Below, piece by piece: positions 1-14,593 of a stretch of 64,000 bases of DNA. Source of the DNA: the human T2T-CHM13v2.0 reference genome, Homo sapiens; the NCBI RefSeq assembly GCF_009914755.1, contig NC_060928.1. One strand, written 5' to 3'. The first letter of the stretch is position 1; every line of letters starts with the position of its first letter. The position numbers were made by a program, and so were the translations under genes. A model generated the notes under the pieces. The model was not told the DNA's origin and made no database searches. It saw only the letters and a list, made by a program, of their open reading frames with translations.

Positions 1-1172
1 ATTACACCTTTTAAATGAAATTTTAAAACATGATTTATTCATGAAAAACAAGTAGTTTCATCCACCCTTCTTTTTCTACAACTCTTTGCATATCTGTGGC
101 CTGCTATTTATTACAGCCTTTCTCATAATTTTTAGTGTAGGCTTAACAAGCATATAGTTTTAAATCTTTCTTTAGGAGACTTTCTGGCTTTTCTCATTGC
201 TGAATTCGACACAAACCTTATTCTCTTATTAGCATTCTTGCAAGGGAGTTTAGGTAATAATAGTTAAGAAAGAATGTTTAAGTTTGATAGTACATTAAAT
301 AATAGACAATGATCAGAAGAGGAAAAAAATGCATGGGTATTTTGGTTAAGGTTTTCAAAACCTAAATCATCTTTATTCTCCACCTTGGCCTGAACAAAGA
401 ATAACTATAATGAAAATTTGGCCTATGTGGCTTTTACACGTATGTGTTATTTCCTTCCGTTACCTCACATATATAATTTTTTGTTGTTAAAATGCAACAG
501 CTGGATCTCGCTATTGGCTTTCAGATCAGTAAAATCAGAGATTGCCCTTTCTTTGCTTCCTTTTTAGTGGACCTGCAGGAAATAGAGTTCAGAGTGTACC
601 TCACTCCTTACAAGACAACAGCCCATATAATTTTGCAGATAAGGAAACAACTCCTTCAGTTTCTAAATACCCAGTATATAGTGTTGTTATCAAACATCAA
701 CACCTGTATGCATTTAAATTCACTCACAGTTTAAATGAAATTACACATAGTTAATACATGCCACTTGTAAAGTCTAATCTTATCTTGGGAACTTGGATTT
801 TGCATTCCTTAACTAGTGTGCTTAAATTTTCAGTTGTATTATCCTATGTTTTTTTTGTTTTTTTTTTTAGTAGATGAAAATAAGACACAGGTGTTTAGGT
901 TTCTCTTCATGTCGATAAAGATCTAAACAAGCATTTAGTTATACTTAGGAGCAGCTGTTGAAATTTTCTAGGGTACAAAAGAAGGATCTAACAAAATAAA
1001 ACCCACTCACCTCTAGCATGATTAGCTCCATTTTGTATTTTCTGTACTCCCCAACTGTGATAATTCCAGCCAAACTGTATTCTGGCCTAAGTCATCTGGA
1101 AAGGGGGAAAGCAGGTGTTATTATGAAGCATTCAGAGGATTTAAGAAGATTTGAAATATAGTTACTATAGAG

Positions 1173-1345
1173 CAGTGATTCCTAACCCCTTTTTGGTTTT
1201 AGATCCTTTTTAGACTATAATGAAAGTTTTGAACCTTCTCTATAGAAAAATATATAATATGTATACATGGGTATATGTTTTCATAAGTTTCAATGTATTC
1301 TTAGATCCATCTAGATATCCGTAGACTCTCAGTTAAGAATCTTTA
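1173..1345. mobile_element. Old hAT-Charlie-type MITE (family uncertain)
   Basis: Ends cagtgattcctaacc / gttaagaatcttta; decayed 8-bp TSD ctatagag / ctatgtgg. Confidence 0.55.
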
Positions 1346-3009
1346 CTATGTGGCCAACAAACACACAAAATTAGTGAAATACCAATTGAAATAGTATCTA
1401 GTTCATGTAACAAAGATTGCTTTATTATTTGAAATTAAAACAAAATAATATAATGTGAGCTTCTAAATAAATGGCTTATAAACAACATAAGTATTACAAG
1501 TCAGAGGAAGCAGAGACCACCTTAAAAATATAAAAATAAAAAAGATACATGAGTGTATACTGGGTATTTTCAGAATATCTTATGTAATTGGGATGATGTG
1601 ATTTCACCTCATTTACATCCTTATTTATTTATATGCTAGATGGGAAAAAAAAGAACTTTCTTCCAAAAAGCATACCACTGTCAATGAGTATGACATGCAT
1701 AAAATAAGTGTAATATAAATAATTCTATTTTCTTCTCACTCTATGTTATGTGCTAATGGTATACTTATTGGTTACTCACAAGGACCTATCTTCATCTGCC
1801 CCTTAGCTAGCTACAGATTGTCAAGTCATTTTTTCCCCCTGTTTAACACAGATAGCCATTAACACCATGTCATCTTCTTTAAATGTAAAATCATTTAGGG
1901 ATGCCAAGCAAATCTGCTGATTAGCTCAGGCCAGCCTACACCAGATTGGAGAATGGGAAAGTAGTGAAAGACACGCATTACAGATTAAGACTGGGTATAA
2001 AGAGAAGACTCTAACAACCCACCCCCACCAAATATGCCACACAAGTGCTCAGAGAGACCAGAGTCCCAAACTAGACTACCCAGGTGAAACTACAGAGTTT
2101 CACAGGAGGCAGCTTTATGTGTGTGTCAATGGGGCAAAATGTGAGGGCTGGCAGTAAAGAAGTCTGACAGATGAGGAAACATGGGGAATATTAAAACCAG
2201 TTTAACACACTTGCCCACACCATCCCCCGAGCCGCTTCCTCCCAAGCTCCCAGAGCACCAGCAAGGAGGTTGAGACACTCTAGACTTGGGGAGGAGTCTT
2301 GAAGTTTTTCAGGAACTTTGCTTGCTTTCTTCTCCCAAGGACATCCCCTGTCCTCCTCTCCTCTTTGCCCAGGACCAACCTCAAGCTCTCCCATTACATG
2401 AGTGCTTTTACCCAAAGTGTGGTGCCTCTTCCAGAGCTGTCAGCTTTCTGGCTATAGCTTGGATATCAGCCCCACAAGGACCCACAAATACAAACCTCAA
2501 CATAGGATGACTTACTGTGCCTGATACGTTTTTGCCTTTTTAGTCCATAGTAGACAATTATCTTGACTATAATTGTCCCAGCAGGAGCTGCCTCTGTGTC
2601 TGTGTATATGCGTGTGTATTTTTTTTTTCTAAGGCAAAAACTAGTTTATATCTTTGTTCAAAGATGACCTTAGCAGGAGACCTTTTTTTTTTGGAGTTGA
2701 TCGGTAGGTCAAGCCATGTGCTAACCTGGCTTGTCTGGGTATGTCTGGGAAGCAGAGCAGGACCAAGGCTGCAGGGCCTTTATGGAATTTCTGTGCTAGG
2801 AAGGGAGATAGACATTTAACACAAATATCTCTATATCTTGACATTTGCGATATGGCAGGAAAGTACAGGCACCTATGGGACTATAAAACTGATCCTAAAA
2901 CAAGCAGGCATGAGGAGGTAGTGAGGTCACCTCTAGGAATGCCTCCTCAATGGAAACATTTGCACTGAACCTTGAAGATTAGGTAGATGAGCCAGTGCTT
3001 TTGCACACC

Positions 3010-3110
3010 TTGTTCCATGAAAGCAAGACTGTTTTTTTACTGTTGTATTCCCCAGTGTCTGCTTCCTTGTAGGTGATCAATAAAGATTTCTTGAATAAAT
3101 GAAAGAATAA
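3010..3110 (+). mobile_element. L2 3' end
   Basis: ttccatgaaagcaagact...gtattccccagtgtct...tcaataaagatttcttgaataaatgaa. Confidence 0.7.
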
Positions 3111-3375
3111 GGGGCTCCCAACATCTGTTTGCTCTCTTATCCCTCTCCTTCCCTACCCAGTGGTTCCTGTTCTCTCCATTCCCTTACCAACTGGTATGTT
3201 ATTTTTAAAACTAAAAATACTCTGTTTTATCATATTATTATTCAATTAAAGTTAGAAACATTTAAAATCCCCATAGATGCAAATGCTAGAACAATGAAAT
3301 AAAAGCTCAAGATTTTTTCTGCCCCCAAAGCTCTGTGGAATAATCAATTTTATAAATTTTTAAAAAACAAAAACT

Positions 3376-3470
3376 ATTTGGAAGGCTGAAGCAAGAGGAT
3401 TGCTCCAGCCCAGGAGTTCAAGACCAGCCTGGGCAACATTGCAAGACCCCGTCTCCTAAAACAAATAAGT
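3376..3470 (+). mobile_element. Partial Alu monomer (FLAM-like)
   Basis: ggattgctccagcccaggagttcaagaccagcctgggcaaca. Confidence 0.85.
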
Positions 3471-3584
3471 AAATACAATTTTAAAAAGGAAAAACTAGGC
3501 TTCACCATGCAAGTTTATAATGAAAGGTTATACACTGAATATATACTTTAGCTATATATTTCAAAGACCTCAAGATAACGTTAA

Positions 3585-3887
3585 GGCCGGGCATGGTGGC
3601 TCACGCCTATAGTCCCAACACTTGGGAGGCCAGCTGGGGAGGACCACTTGAGGCCAGGAGTTAGAGACCAGCCTGGACAACATGGTAAGACTTCATCTCT
3701 ATAAAACATAAAAAAGCCAGGCGTGGTGGCATACACCTGTAGTCTTAGCTACTTGGGAGGCTGAGGCTGGAGGATCACTTGAGCCCAGGAGGTCAAGACT
3801 GCAGTGACCCATGTTCAAACTACTTCATTCCAGCCTAGGTGACAGAGAGCAACCCTGTCTTCAACAAAAACAAACAAACAAAAACAA
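3585..3887 (+). mobile_element. AluJ
   Basis: Dimeric Alu with J-type ggatcacttgagcccagg and (CAAA)n tail. Confidence 0.92.
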
Positions 3888-6649
3888 CTTTGAATCAGCA
3901 AAATTAAGCAACCAAGTGTGTTCCCCTTCTCTAATGTCATTAAGCTTTGAGTGTGTCTTTACAGAAATTTTTATTTTCTTATGTATGGCATCCTAGATTG
4001 TATGACTTTAACATAATCCCAGATGGATTAATTATCATGAAGCCTATTTTGCAGACGATTCAAGGGAATTTAGCCCAAGAGCAAAAGTTAGGTAATTCCT
4101 TAAATCTGAAATCTGTCCTCTGAAATACTACTCTACTCACCGCTTAAATGGTTTTCAGTGAAGTGGCATTTTAAAAATAAGTGCTGCTTGCTTTACCTCT
4201 GAATTCCCTTCTCCAATGCCATTTTACTCCCTGAGCTGCTTTCTTGGCAGTTTGGGGCACCCCTTGCTGTTTGTGCCTGTGACAGTCTGACTTCCATCTG
4301 CTGCTCTGCAGCCAGGAGCCTGCTGTGCTCCCTTCAGTCACATCTTTCATGCCTGGCCATTCAAGCACCTTTCATCAGGTCTCAATGGGCCTGGGTAAAG
4401 GGCCCTCCCCCTGCATCCACATGAGCACATAATCTCCCAGGTAGCCTCCTCCTTGAAGCACCTCCAGTGCATGTGTTCGCAAACAGCAGGACATCACTCT
4501 CTACTGGGTTCCTAATCCCTCAGACACACAGAGGAAGGAGGTCGCAAGGCTGTGAAAGTGAAAAGAAAAGCGAGGGGGCGGGTGAGCAGAGGCAACACAA
4601 TGTCAGCGCCTGGGCCCTCCAGCGGCTGCACCACAATCATCGCCAGCTGCAGCCCAATTAAGCTCAACAGGTCACAGGTGTTCCAGACAGAAGATGCTTT
4701 TAACAAAACCACTTTCTTGAAAATACCTAAGACTTTTTGAAGCACTGCAGCCCATTTCTTTTGGTAGATTCTTTAAAGCTATTTAGTACCCTTCAAATAC
4801 AAAGAAGCTGAGAAGCACATTTCGGCCTCAGTGGAAGGCGTGCTTGCTTCATGCAGAACAGCGGGGGCAGCAGCCAGGCTGCCGTGACCGAGCGCAGAGA
4901 CAGCATCTCTGCCAATACGTGGATTCAGTGTGCAGCTGCAGAAAAAGGACGTGAGGGGTGTCTCCCTCCTCCAGCTTGGTCGCGTCTGATACTGTAGCCT
5001 GAACTGTGCAGTTCACTCACTCACACAAGAAATTGCTGCATAGCCATGACCTTGTGTGTACTCTTAAATTACAATCTCTAGGATGCAGTTGTAGTTTTCC
5101 TATGAACTTTTAAGCAGCCCTGCCACATGCTGGTTAAACTAGGTGAATGAATTCAGCTATCAGGAACTACTTTTCATCTTCTGACACATTTTAAAGTGCT
5201 GGCTTCATTTTCTCCACAGATCCAAGTGTTCCCTGTGCCTGCCAGAAGTGTGGGGAGGGGATGACAGGATCCAAGCAGAAATTAGGTAGTTGTTTAAGTC
5301 ACCTTCGGACCTTTGTTACCCTTCCACCTTTCTTTGAGGATATCGATAATCTCTGAGAGGCAGTTAGGAATGTAGTGGGGAAGGTCAAGTTAGAATTTCG
5401 GCATCCCTATTGGAAGGGAGCGGTTCTTGGTTCCCCTACTCCTCAGGCGCACTTACAGCAGCATCCCTTCTTCCCACGCCTGTGTGCCACTCTCATGGGT
5501 ATGTTTGCCTGTTGTCATTATTGTAACCTGTTTACAGCCAATAGCGAGGACATGCTGACGCTACCCAGGTCTTATCTGGAAATGGAAGCAACTGCTTAAA
5601 TTTACAATTGGGTTTCTAATCTGTCAACGCACCAGAAAAGCCCCTAGTACTACTGTGAAACTGAAAAGAACATGGGAAGAGTTAAAGCACAGCGGGAATG
5701 AATACCCAGAATAGGGCCCAACGTTTTCAGCTTTTCCTTCCTGTTGATTAGTTTTTGGTAAACAGTCTTTGCCTTGACTGTTACTTTTTATCACGTCATT
5801 TTTTTAAATTATTACTGCTTGCTTAGAAACCATGTTGGTTTTAATTTTCACAATACGCCTGTTTCTGTTTTGCTAAGCTGAGCCACCTGTTTAAACTCTT
5901 CTTGTCTCATGAATTGGGGGAAAGAACCGTAGGCAATGTATAAGAGGTTTCATTTTTTTCCACAGTGAAGTAAGACATTGTTCTTATTCTTCATGGCATT
6001 CAGAATTCTGCACAATTGCCTCTTTTGCCCTTTTGCATTTAAAAGTGAGGTAATTAGATTTCCCAAGGTTCAATGGTCAAGAGCCTTCTCATCCCGCGGA
6101 GTTGCTTCCCCACACTGCTCACAAGTGGAGCTGTCTCGCGTAATCCAGTTATTGCTATATTGTTGTTATAAAGGAACTGCTTTTTCAGAGAGCTAGCATA
6201 GCATGAAACTTTATACTCACATGTCCCTTTGCTTTCATTGCTTTTTTCCCCACATTTGAAACTAATTACTATTTTATTCAGTGTCTGTGAGGATTTCTAA
6301 ACATTTTTGTTAAAAATCTTTTCCTACGTCCTAGGAATTCATTTCAAATATGCCTAAATCCTTCACATTGTGAGATCCTGCCTTTGTTGTTTTATGTTTT
6401 TGTCAGATATTCGATCGTCAGATCTATTATTACTGCTGAACAAATGGAAAGAAAATTTGTGACATGTTGGCACCAAATAAATTAGTGTCATAGCCACTGA
6501 AACAAAGGCATGTCTTCGTCTAGCTCTGACAGTGAGATCTTGGGCCCACTCTGCTATTTTTTTGTCTTATTTTCTCATTTTCACAAACAGATAATGTTTT
6601 ACCTTTGCAAAAAGCTGTATATATATATATTCTAAAGCTTGGATATCAA

Positions 6650-6901
<252 letters not shown>

Positions 6902-7269
6902 TAAGATGAAATACTCAGATTTATAGAGCTGGCCAAAACGTTTTTGTTTTTACAGCCTAATAGCAAAAGCAATCTTGCTGGTAGTTGGCTAGTAATTCAT
7001 TTCTATGATGTAGTCTGCAGCCTATGGGGGAAGAGGACAAGATGGTGAAGGGATTAGGGGAAAGCTTCCAAAATCCTTTTTGCCAAAGAAGTTAAGGAGC
7101 TTGAGCGACCCAGGTTTTCTCTCTAAATGGGTTAGTTTAACATTCCAGACAGTCTGTGATTCAAACTTGTCTATTCACCTATACATCTACTCAGCAGAGT
7201 TCTTTATGGCCTCATAGGAACAATTCAGCTGAATTCCCCCATCACTGAAACTGTTCCAGACTTTATCTA

Positions 7270-7404
7270 CTTTTGCTTTTTGTTTTTTAGAGACAGAGTC
7301 TTGCAGTGTTGCCCAGCGTGGCCTTGAACTCCTGGGTTCAGATGATCCTCCCATCTCAGCCTCCTAAGTAGCATGACTACAGGCCCACACCACTACACCC
7401 AGCT
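7270..7404 (-). mobile_element. FLAM monomer
   Basis: Single Alu monomer with T-rich tail. Confidence 0.85.
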
Positions 7405-7474
7405 CCATCTGCATTTTGAATGTGATGCCAGCAGAGTGATGAGCTTTGTGGTGGTCCCTGGGTTCAGTGTAGAT

Positions 7475-7510
7475 ACACACACACACACAAACACACAAAC
7501 ACACACATAC
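7475..7510. repeat. (CA)n microsatellite
   Basis: Imperfect AC run. Confidence 0.9.
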
Positions 7511-7788
7511 TTATCTCATTAGGTTTTCCTATAAACTTTATAGCTAGTAATGAGAAAGGTCCTAGTTTAAATTGAAGGGTTTTTTCCCTCAGTTTCTGTA
7601 GTATTCATTCCTAAATAGAGAGATATGTTGACAGATTTATCTGAAAAGACCTCATTTTTCCAAAGCTTAACACAGAAAGGAAAATCCCGTAATCTTAGGT
7701 TAGTTTCATCAAGTGAGACAATAAATCGCCATTTGCATAATTTTCTTTTTTTAGCAAAGATTCCATTCTAATTCTCCAAAATAATATA

Positions 7789-8119
7789 CAGTCATGCACC
7801 ACATAATAACATTTCAGTCAACAATGGACCAGATACATAATGGTGGTCCCATAAGATTACAATATTATATTTTTGCTGTACCTTTTCTATGTTTAGATAC
7901 ACAAATACTTACATTGTGTTACAGTTGCCTGCCTACAGTATTCAGTAACATGCTGTACAGGTGTGTAGTGTAGGAGCAATAGAATAGACCCTATAGCCTA
8001 GTGTGGAATGGGCTATTACCATCTAGATTTGTGTAAGGACAGTCTGTCTACACAACAGTGAAAGCACCTAACAATGCACTTCTCAGAACATATCCCTGTT
8101 GTTGAGCAACACATGACTG
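7789..8119 (+). mobile_element. Tigger3a (MER7A) MITE
   Basis: TIRs cagtcatg...catgactg flanked by TA; internal ggtggtcccataagatta. Confidence 0.88.
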
Positions 8120-8452
8120 TATGTTACTGCACTGTTTGTAAATTTTCTGAAGTTGTGCTCCATTCCAGTGCAGTTTTTTTCTATGACAATACAACAAAGA
8201 AGCTCCTGTTCCTGTGGGATACATTTTGATACCGAAGAAAGCATCTCTCAAAAATAACAAAAGCATAGCTGTATTCTTGCTAGAATTTCTAATTTATGTT
8301 AGAAATTAGTTCTACAGAAAGAACTAAATGCAGAGTAGTGCTCCAAACTGAAAACATAGCTTGAGATGAACATACATCACAGTATTAAACAATTTTAGTT
8401 ATTTACTTTCTCTTCATTCTAAGAACTTAAGAAGACCTGACAACATCTGGAT

Positions 8453-8798
8453 CAGGGGTTCCCACCACCCCCAGGCCATGCACCGGTACTGGTCCGTAGC
8501 ATGTCAGGAACCAGGCCACACGGTAGGAGGTGAGCAGTGGGCAAGTGAGCATTACCACCTGAGCTCCACCTCCTGTCAGATCAGCGGTGGCATTAGATTC
8601 TCATAGGTGTGGGAACCCTATTGTGAACTGTGCATGTGAGGGATCCAGGTTGTGCGCTCCTTATGAGAGTCTAATGCCTGATGATCTGAGATGGAACGGA
8701 TTCATCCTGAAACCACCCGCACTCCTCCGCCCCCTGTCCATGGAAAGATTGTCTTCCACGAAACCAGTCCCTGGTGCTAAAAAGGTTGGGGACTGCTT
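8453..8798 (+). mobile_element. MER1B (hAT-Charlie)
   Basis: caggggttccc...aaaaaggttggggactgct; 8-bp TSD atctggat / atctagat. Confidence 0.9.
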
Positions 8799-9291
8799 AT
8801 CTAGATCATATGAAACATAAGTAACTAAAAATACTATAGATTGGCCAAATCTGGGGAAGATGAACATAGCATGCATCTTTTTGAAAAGGTAGTTGTAGTT
8901 AAGTAACTATTCAGTTCAGCAAACATACCTTGACTATTTACATAGCCAGAGCACAAGTAAGTGCTTTGGCTGCTACCACTGTTGCTGCCCTTTGACCCAT
9001 TAAACACACTGGCCTCCCTTCCGTCTCTCATGTCCTCTCCCCATCTTCTCAGAAACACAAGGAATATGTCTATATGTCTATTCCTTGTGTTTCTGTCCTC
9101 CACCCGCTTCCTTTTTCTATTTTGGAATGGGGAGAGCAAAAGTAAAAAGCTATGCTAATAAGCAAGAGCCATAATGTGCCCTGATTGAGTTGTTTGGTAT
9201 CTCCCAAAGTATGTGCCAAAGATCACCATTAAACCATTTATAGATATTCTGCCAGAAATAGGAGGGGAAGAGTTCTATGGGAAACAACAAG

Positions 9292-9647
9292 TGTCGTAGT
9301 CCATTCTGGCTGCTATAACCAAATAACTTAGACTGGGCAATTTTTAAATAATACAAATTTATTGCTCACACTTCTGAAAACTGGGAAGTCCAGGATCAAG
9401 GTGCCAACAGATTTGGTGTCTGGTGAGGGCCTATTCCTCATAGACATACCTTCTAGCTGTGTCCTCACATGGTGGAAGGGGCCAACCAGCTCCATCAGGC
9501 TTCTTTTATAGGGGTACTAATTCTGTCAGTGAGTACAGAACGCTCACAACCTAATCACCTCCCAAAGACCTCACTTCTTAATACTAGTAGCATTGGAGAT
9601 TAAGTTTCAACATATACATTTTGGAGAAAAACATTCAGACCATTGCA
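9292..9647 (-). mobile_element. MLT1A/MLT1A0 solo LTR (ERVL-MaLR)
   Basis: TG...CA ends; ctgggaagtccaggatcaaggtgcc and gtgtcctcacatggtggaagg. Confidence 0.88.
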
Positions 9648-9737
9648 CTGGGTTAAAGAAAATCAAACTGACCATCATTAGTAGCCTTTGTAAAACCTTT
9701 AAAATTCTATTGTGCACCATGGGGAACAGAATATATA

Positions 9738-9947
9738 CAGGTTGAGTATCACTAATCTGAAATCCACAGTGCTCCAAAATTCAAAACTTTTGAGTACCAA
9801 CATAACACACAAAGGAAATGCTCATTGGAGCATTTTGGATTTCAAATTTTCAGATTACAAATGTTCAACCAGTAAGTAGAATGCAGATATTCCAAAATCT
9901 GTAACATGTCTGGTCCCCAGCATTTCAGATAAGGAATACTCAGCCTG
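9738..9947 (+). mobile_element. Tigger4a (MER46A)
   Basis: TIRs caggttgagtat / atactcagcctg; TA TSD. Confidence 0.88.
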
Positions 9948-11444
9948 TATAGTGTTGCCCAAAACTTATTTGACCATGGAATACTTCTCCTGAACACACT
10001 GATTTCTTAACGGAAATGCTGGCGTGGACCATGAGAAGAGCAGGAGAGCTGCACTTTTCTTGGGAGATATTATATCATATCTTGGAACTCATACCACAGT
10101 AAGTGGCTCCCAGAGCAAATAGAAACCAGCCATCATGGACATCCTAAGAATACATCTGTTTCCAAATCTACCTTTTTATTCGCGGTAGGAGAAAAGAACC
10201 AATAATCCAGTCAATGCTTTTGCTTTTGGAATTTCTACTAAGAAGCCTTTTCATGAGGAAAAAATAAAAACAAAAGGAACTTTTAGGAGTGGCGCTCTGT
10301 CAGCTGCTTGTGCATCAGCTGCTTGTGGATTTGGTTTAGAGCTTTAGAGAGGACTGGCATTGACTAGCTTTCACTGTCATTGTGGCCCACATGACTTCGA
10401 AAACACTATCATTGTGAATTTTAGTTATATTTGATGGTAGAATTATTCTTTTAAAAAAATTTCTCCATTCTGTCTACTGAGGCTAGTTCAATGTAATCCG
10501 TGTTTTCTTTCTTCCCACCTTGCTGCTTCTCTACTCATTTTATTCCTTTCCCTTACCTGTATGCATGTCTCAGTTCTGTTCTTCACACTTTGGTTTCCAA
10601 AGCTGTAACTTATTCCTTCTCTCCACACTAAAGCCCTTTCCATTTGCCTCCCTGAAAGTACTTCTAATACCATGGTACACACGGCATTTACCTTACATGC
10701 ATCCACTACTGGTTTGTGAGCAGGGGAAGACAGGTGCTATATCTTAGACATGCCTGGATCTTCCACCTGGCTTAATATAGTTATTGCACAGAGTAGCTAT
10801 TCAGTGGATGTTGATTGACGAAAGAATGACTGGCTAATTATTTGTAGTGTCCTGGTTACATTTCCCTCAGTTACTGGCAGTATATTGCTAAGTAAATGTG
10901 ATAGGAAAGTAAGAGTGGCAGAAGAAGGTGACCTTATTGACTAGTTCTTCAGAGCATCCTTTATAAATAAAAAGAAACAGAGTAATGTTTATTGAAGCAA
11001 GTGTTGAATTCAGGCAGTGTTTCTCCCGCCCTAGGACATACAGACAGCTGCACTCCTTCCTCTACACAGAAGAAGTCACGTTCATATTGAGGTCCTTGAG
11101 TACCCATGTTTCTCTTTTCATTAACTCTCAGAAGTTCTCTAGGTCATCCCTATCTCATCCAACCATTAGTGATCTGGTCAAAACTCTGTCCAAGTTTTCT
11201 ATATCTCAAGTTTCGTAGTTCTCCAAGCTAGATGGAATTGTTTAAGAGACAGGGGAGTACTAAATATAGTAGGGAAATTTTTCCCAAATGTTGACATATA
11301 CTAGAGGCCCCAAGTTACAAACATTCACATTTCAGGTGGTCACTACTTCTCTGACCATAACTGATCACTAAAGCCGCTTTGTCATTACCATGTAAGCCAC
11401 CACAAAACAACAATTTATAGCTCATAGAAAAATCTATAGAAGCA

Positions 11445-11750
<306 letters not shown>

Positions 11751-13839
11751 AAAATCTATAGAAGCAAATGTGAAGGAAAGTAAGTGATTCTGCAAAGAGG
11801 AATGCCCAGGGGAACTGACCCTAAGGACAGCCTTCTAGGCCCTAATGATATAACATTTCCCACTACCTACATTTATTTACTGTGCTGTATTAGGCTCCCT
11901 GAGGTTCCAGTGATTACAGGAGTACAACCATTTCTTCTTCTGCCAGTTTGATTACTGTGTGTTGAGAGTGAAAGCCTGTCTGACAATTGGTTCCCTTCCT
12001 CGGATGTGCCAGCGGGGCAAACCGCCCATCTGGCCATGTGAATCAAAACCCAGAAACGTTGAGAGGTTCCAGGCAGCCTTTTGGTTACCTCTCTTTTTCT
12101 CAACCCTGCTCTTTTTCCAACCCCCGCCCTGGCCACCATGGTACACATGCTCATCTGGCCACTCTGTTGGATGTGTTTCCATCAGACTTTACACATACCC
12201 CTATTAGCAAGATCACTGCACTGTGCAAAAACAGGGAGATATCAGTCATATAGCAAATGAAATAGTACAGTAATTAATATTTGTCCACTCACATAGTAGG
12301 TGCTCAATAAATGTTTCCAACCATTATGTGCCAGGCTCTCTATTCTCTGAGGGAGTCTCAGCTATGAGGGGTGGGGGAGGTATGCAGGAGAGAGAAAGAG
12401 AGCTCCGTCACCTGGCAGGAAATGTAGTGCTCTTTGCCTCTTCCAGTGATTCTTCAGACTTCTTAGCCTTGCAACCATTGCTTCAAATTCTTGTCCAGAT
12501 GAAAGAAGTGCTGCTCAGAAGGGTGTGGGTGGGGACTCTTCCCACTTGGTCCCTTCACCTCCCTTTGTAGAGATCTCCAAGGTCCCCTTAGAACACAGTG
12601 GAACCATTGGATAGCCAGTTTACCATGCTGGTCATTTCACAGGTTTTTACTGTGCTTATTAATTATCACATTCTTGTTTTCAAAAGAGCTCTTTTTGCAC
12701 CAGAACATGTGATAAAGTGGTTTTACTAATCCCTTGAAGTTTTGTTTTTTCCTTCAACAAGATGATAGCCACCCTCTTTTTTCAGAAAAACATTAACATG
12801 CATAACCACTACAGTTAACTTCGGCGCTCATTAATGAAGCCCAGAACTAATAGTTACATTGTCGTAATTTGACAAAGCCATCTAAATCTATGCATGTTTT
12901 TGAAAGCTCCCTAAACATGCTGCTAAATCCCCTAAAAAGCTACTAAACTGCTTTGGCAGCCATTAGCCCAGCATAAGCAGAGGAACTCTTTTCAGTGAGT
13001 GAACAAACAGAGAAAATACGCTGAATGGATGGACAAATGTGTTTCAGCTGGCCCTTTCATTTACCAATATAAGGGCGCAGTCAATATCAATCACTGTTTT
13101 CCCTGTTGCCCTGAAAATCACAATATCTCTTTTCATCCCACAAGCTCTTTTCACTACCGTAATGTGTCTTTAGAATGACACTGGCATCAGCCTGCTTCCG
13201 CTGTCTGAAGTCCAGAGAGCTTAAAAACACATTTCGGGATTCTTGAACCTTCCTCCCCTTCCGTTTTCCTACTGCCTCCTCCCTCCTCCCTCTGCATCCA
13301 TTCCGCCCCCTCCCCAGATTCTTTTCAATTCTTCCAGCTTTCCTGGCTGAGTAAACAGCATTCACTTCTCTGTTCTAATGCAGCTCTCCAAAGTAAATGT
13401 TGACAACCCTATCTGATATTCCTGAGATTTAAGAACTCATTAAAGAGATACACATAAAGAAATGCTTTTACATGTTGGTAATACATCAAAGGTTGAAAGG
13501 AATGTGGAAACTCTGTGCTATGACACGGTGTGTTGATGAGCAAGGCCTCACTCTGTATCAGAATATCTCCCCCTCTGCCCTCCCTTGACCGTTGGCTCCC
13601 GCCTCCCTCCACCACATAGAGACATGCATCCTTTGCCATCCCTTGTTAAAAGTATGTGCGTGCACAGCTACCTACCCTTACAGTTAAGAGCAAATGCCCT
13701 TAAAAGCAAATGCCACTTCTTAGATATCTTTTGGCACTCCTGGTTCTGAGTACTTAATACGTTGCTTTGGGATGAAGGAAAGAACAGAATGCTCTGTATA
13801 TGATTACCTTTTATCCTTTTGAAAACTTGAGTGGACTAA

Positions 13840-14151
<312 letters not shown>

Positions 14152-14505
14152 GAAAATATATATATTCAAGATGCTGAAAATCCTTTCCAGAGAAAATTTG
14201 TTTCTTTTTAAAATTTTTTGAGAGTGTTAAAAAAAATTTTACTAGGCAAAATGTTTGAAGTATGTTCAGTAGAATTTAGGGGCTTTGGTTCTTACAGATT
14301 TTCAAGTCATGTAAGTACAGTGAAAATATCTCTGAGCATAAGTTTCAATCAGTTTTACCTGGAAATTTGTGGTGTGGTTTAAAAAACAAATGTTTAGCTT
14401 TTTCATTTGCGACCTAGTCTGTTCATCCCATGAAGCGATTTCTTTTTCCAGAATCTGTTTGAGTGTCTTTCTAAAATGCCAAACATGTTGGCATCAATTT
14501 TATAC

Positions 14506-14593
14506 AGGGATATAAAAAAGTATATGTGGATAAATTTTTTGTAATCTTTAGGGATATAAAAAAGTGTATGTGGATAAATTTTTTGTAATCTTT
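14506..14593. repeat. 44-bp tandem duplication (2 copies, 43/44 identical)
   Basis: agggatataaaaaagt(a/g)tatgtggataaattttttgtaatcttt x2. Confidence 0.95.

Larger units (their letters stand above)
9200..10022. mobile_element. Old hAT-Charlie element (MER103C/MER112-like) split by two insertions
   Basis: Fragments tctcccaaagtatgtg, ctgggttaaa and cccaaaacttatttgaccatggaa flank an MLT1A LTR and a Tigger4a. Confidence 0.5.
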
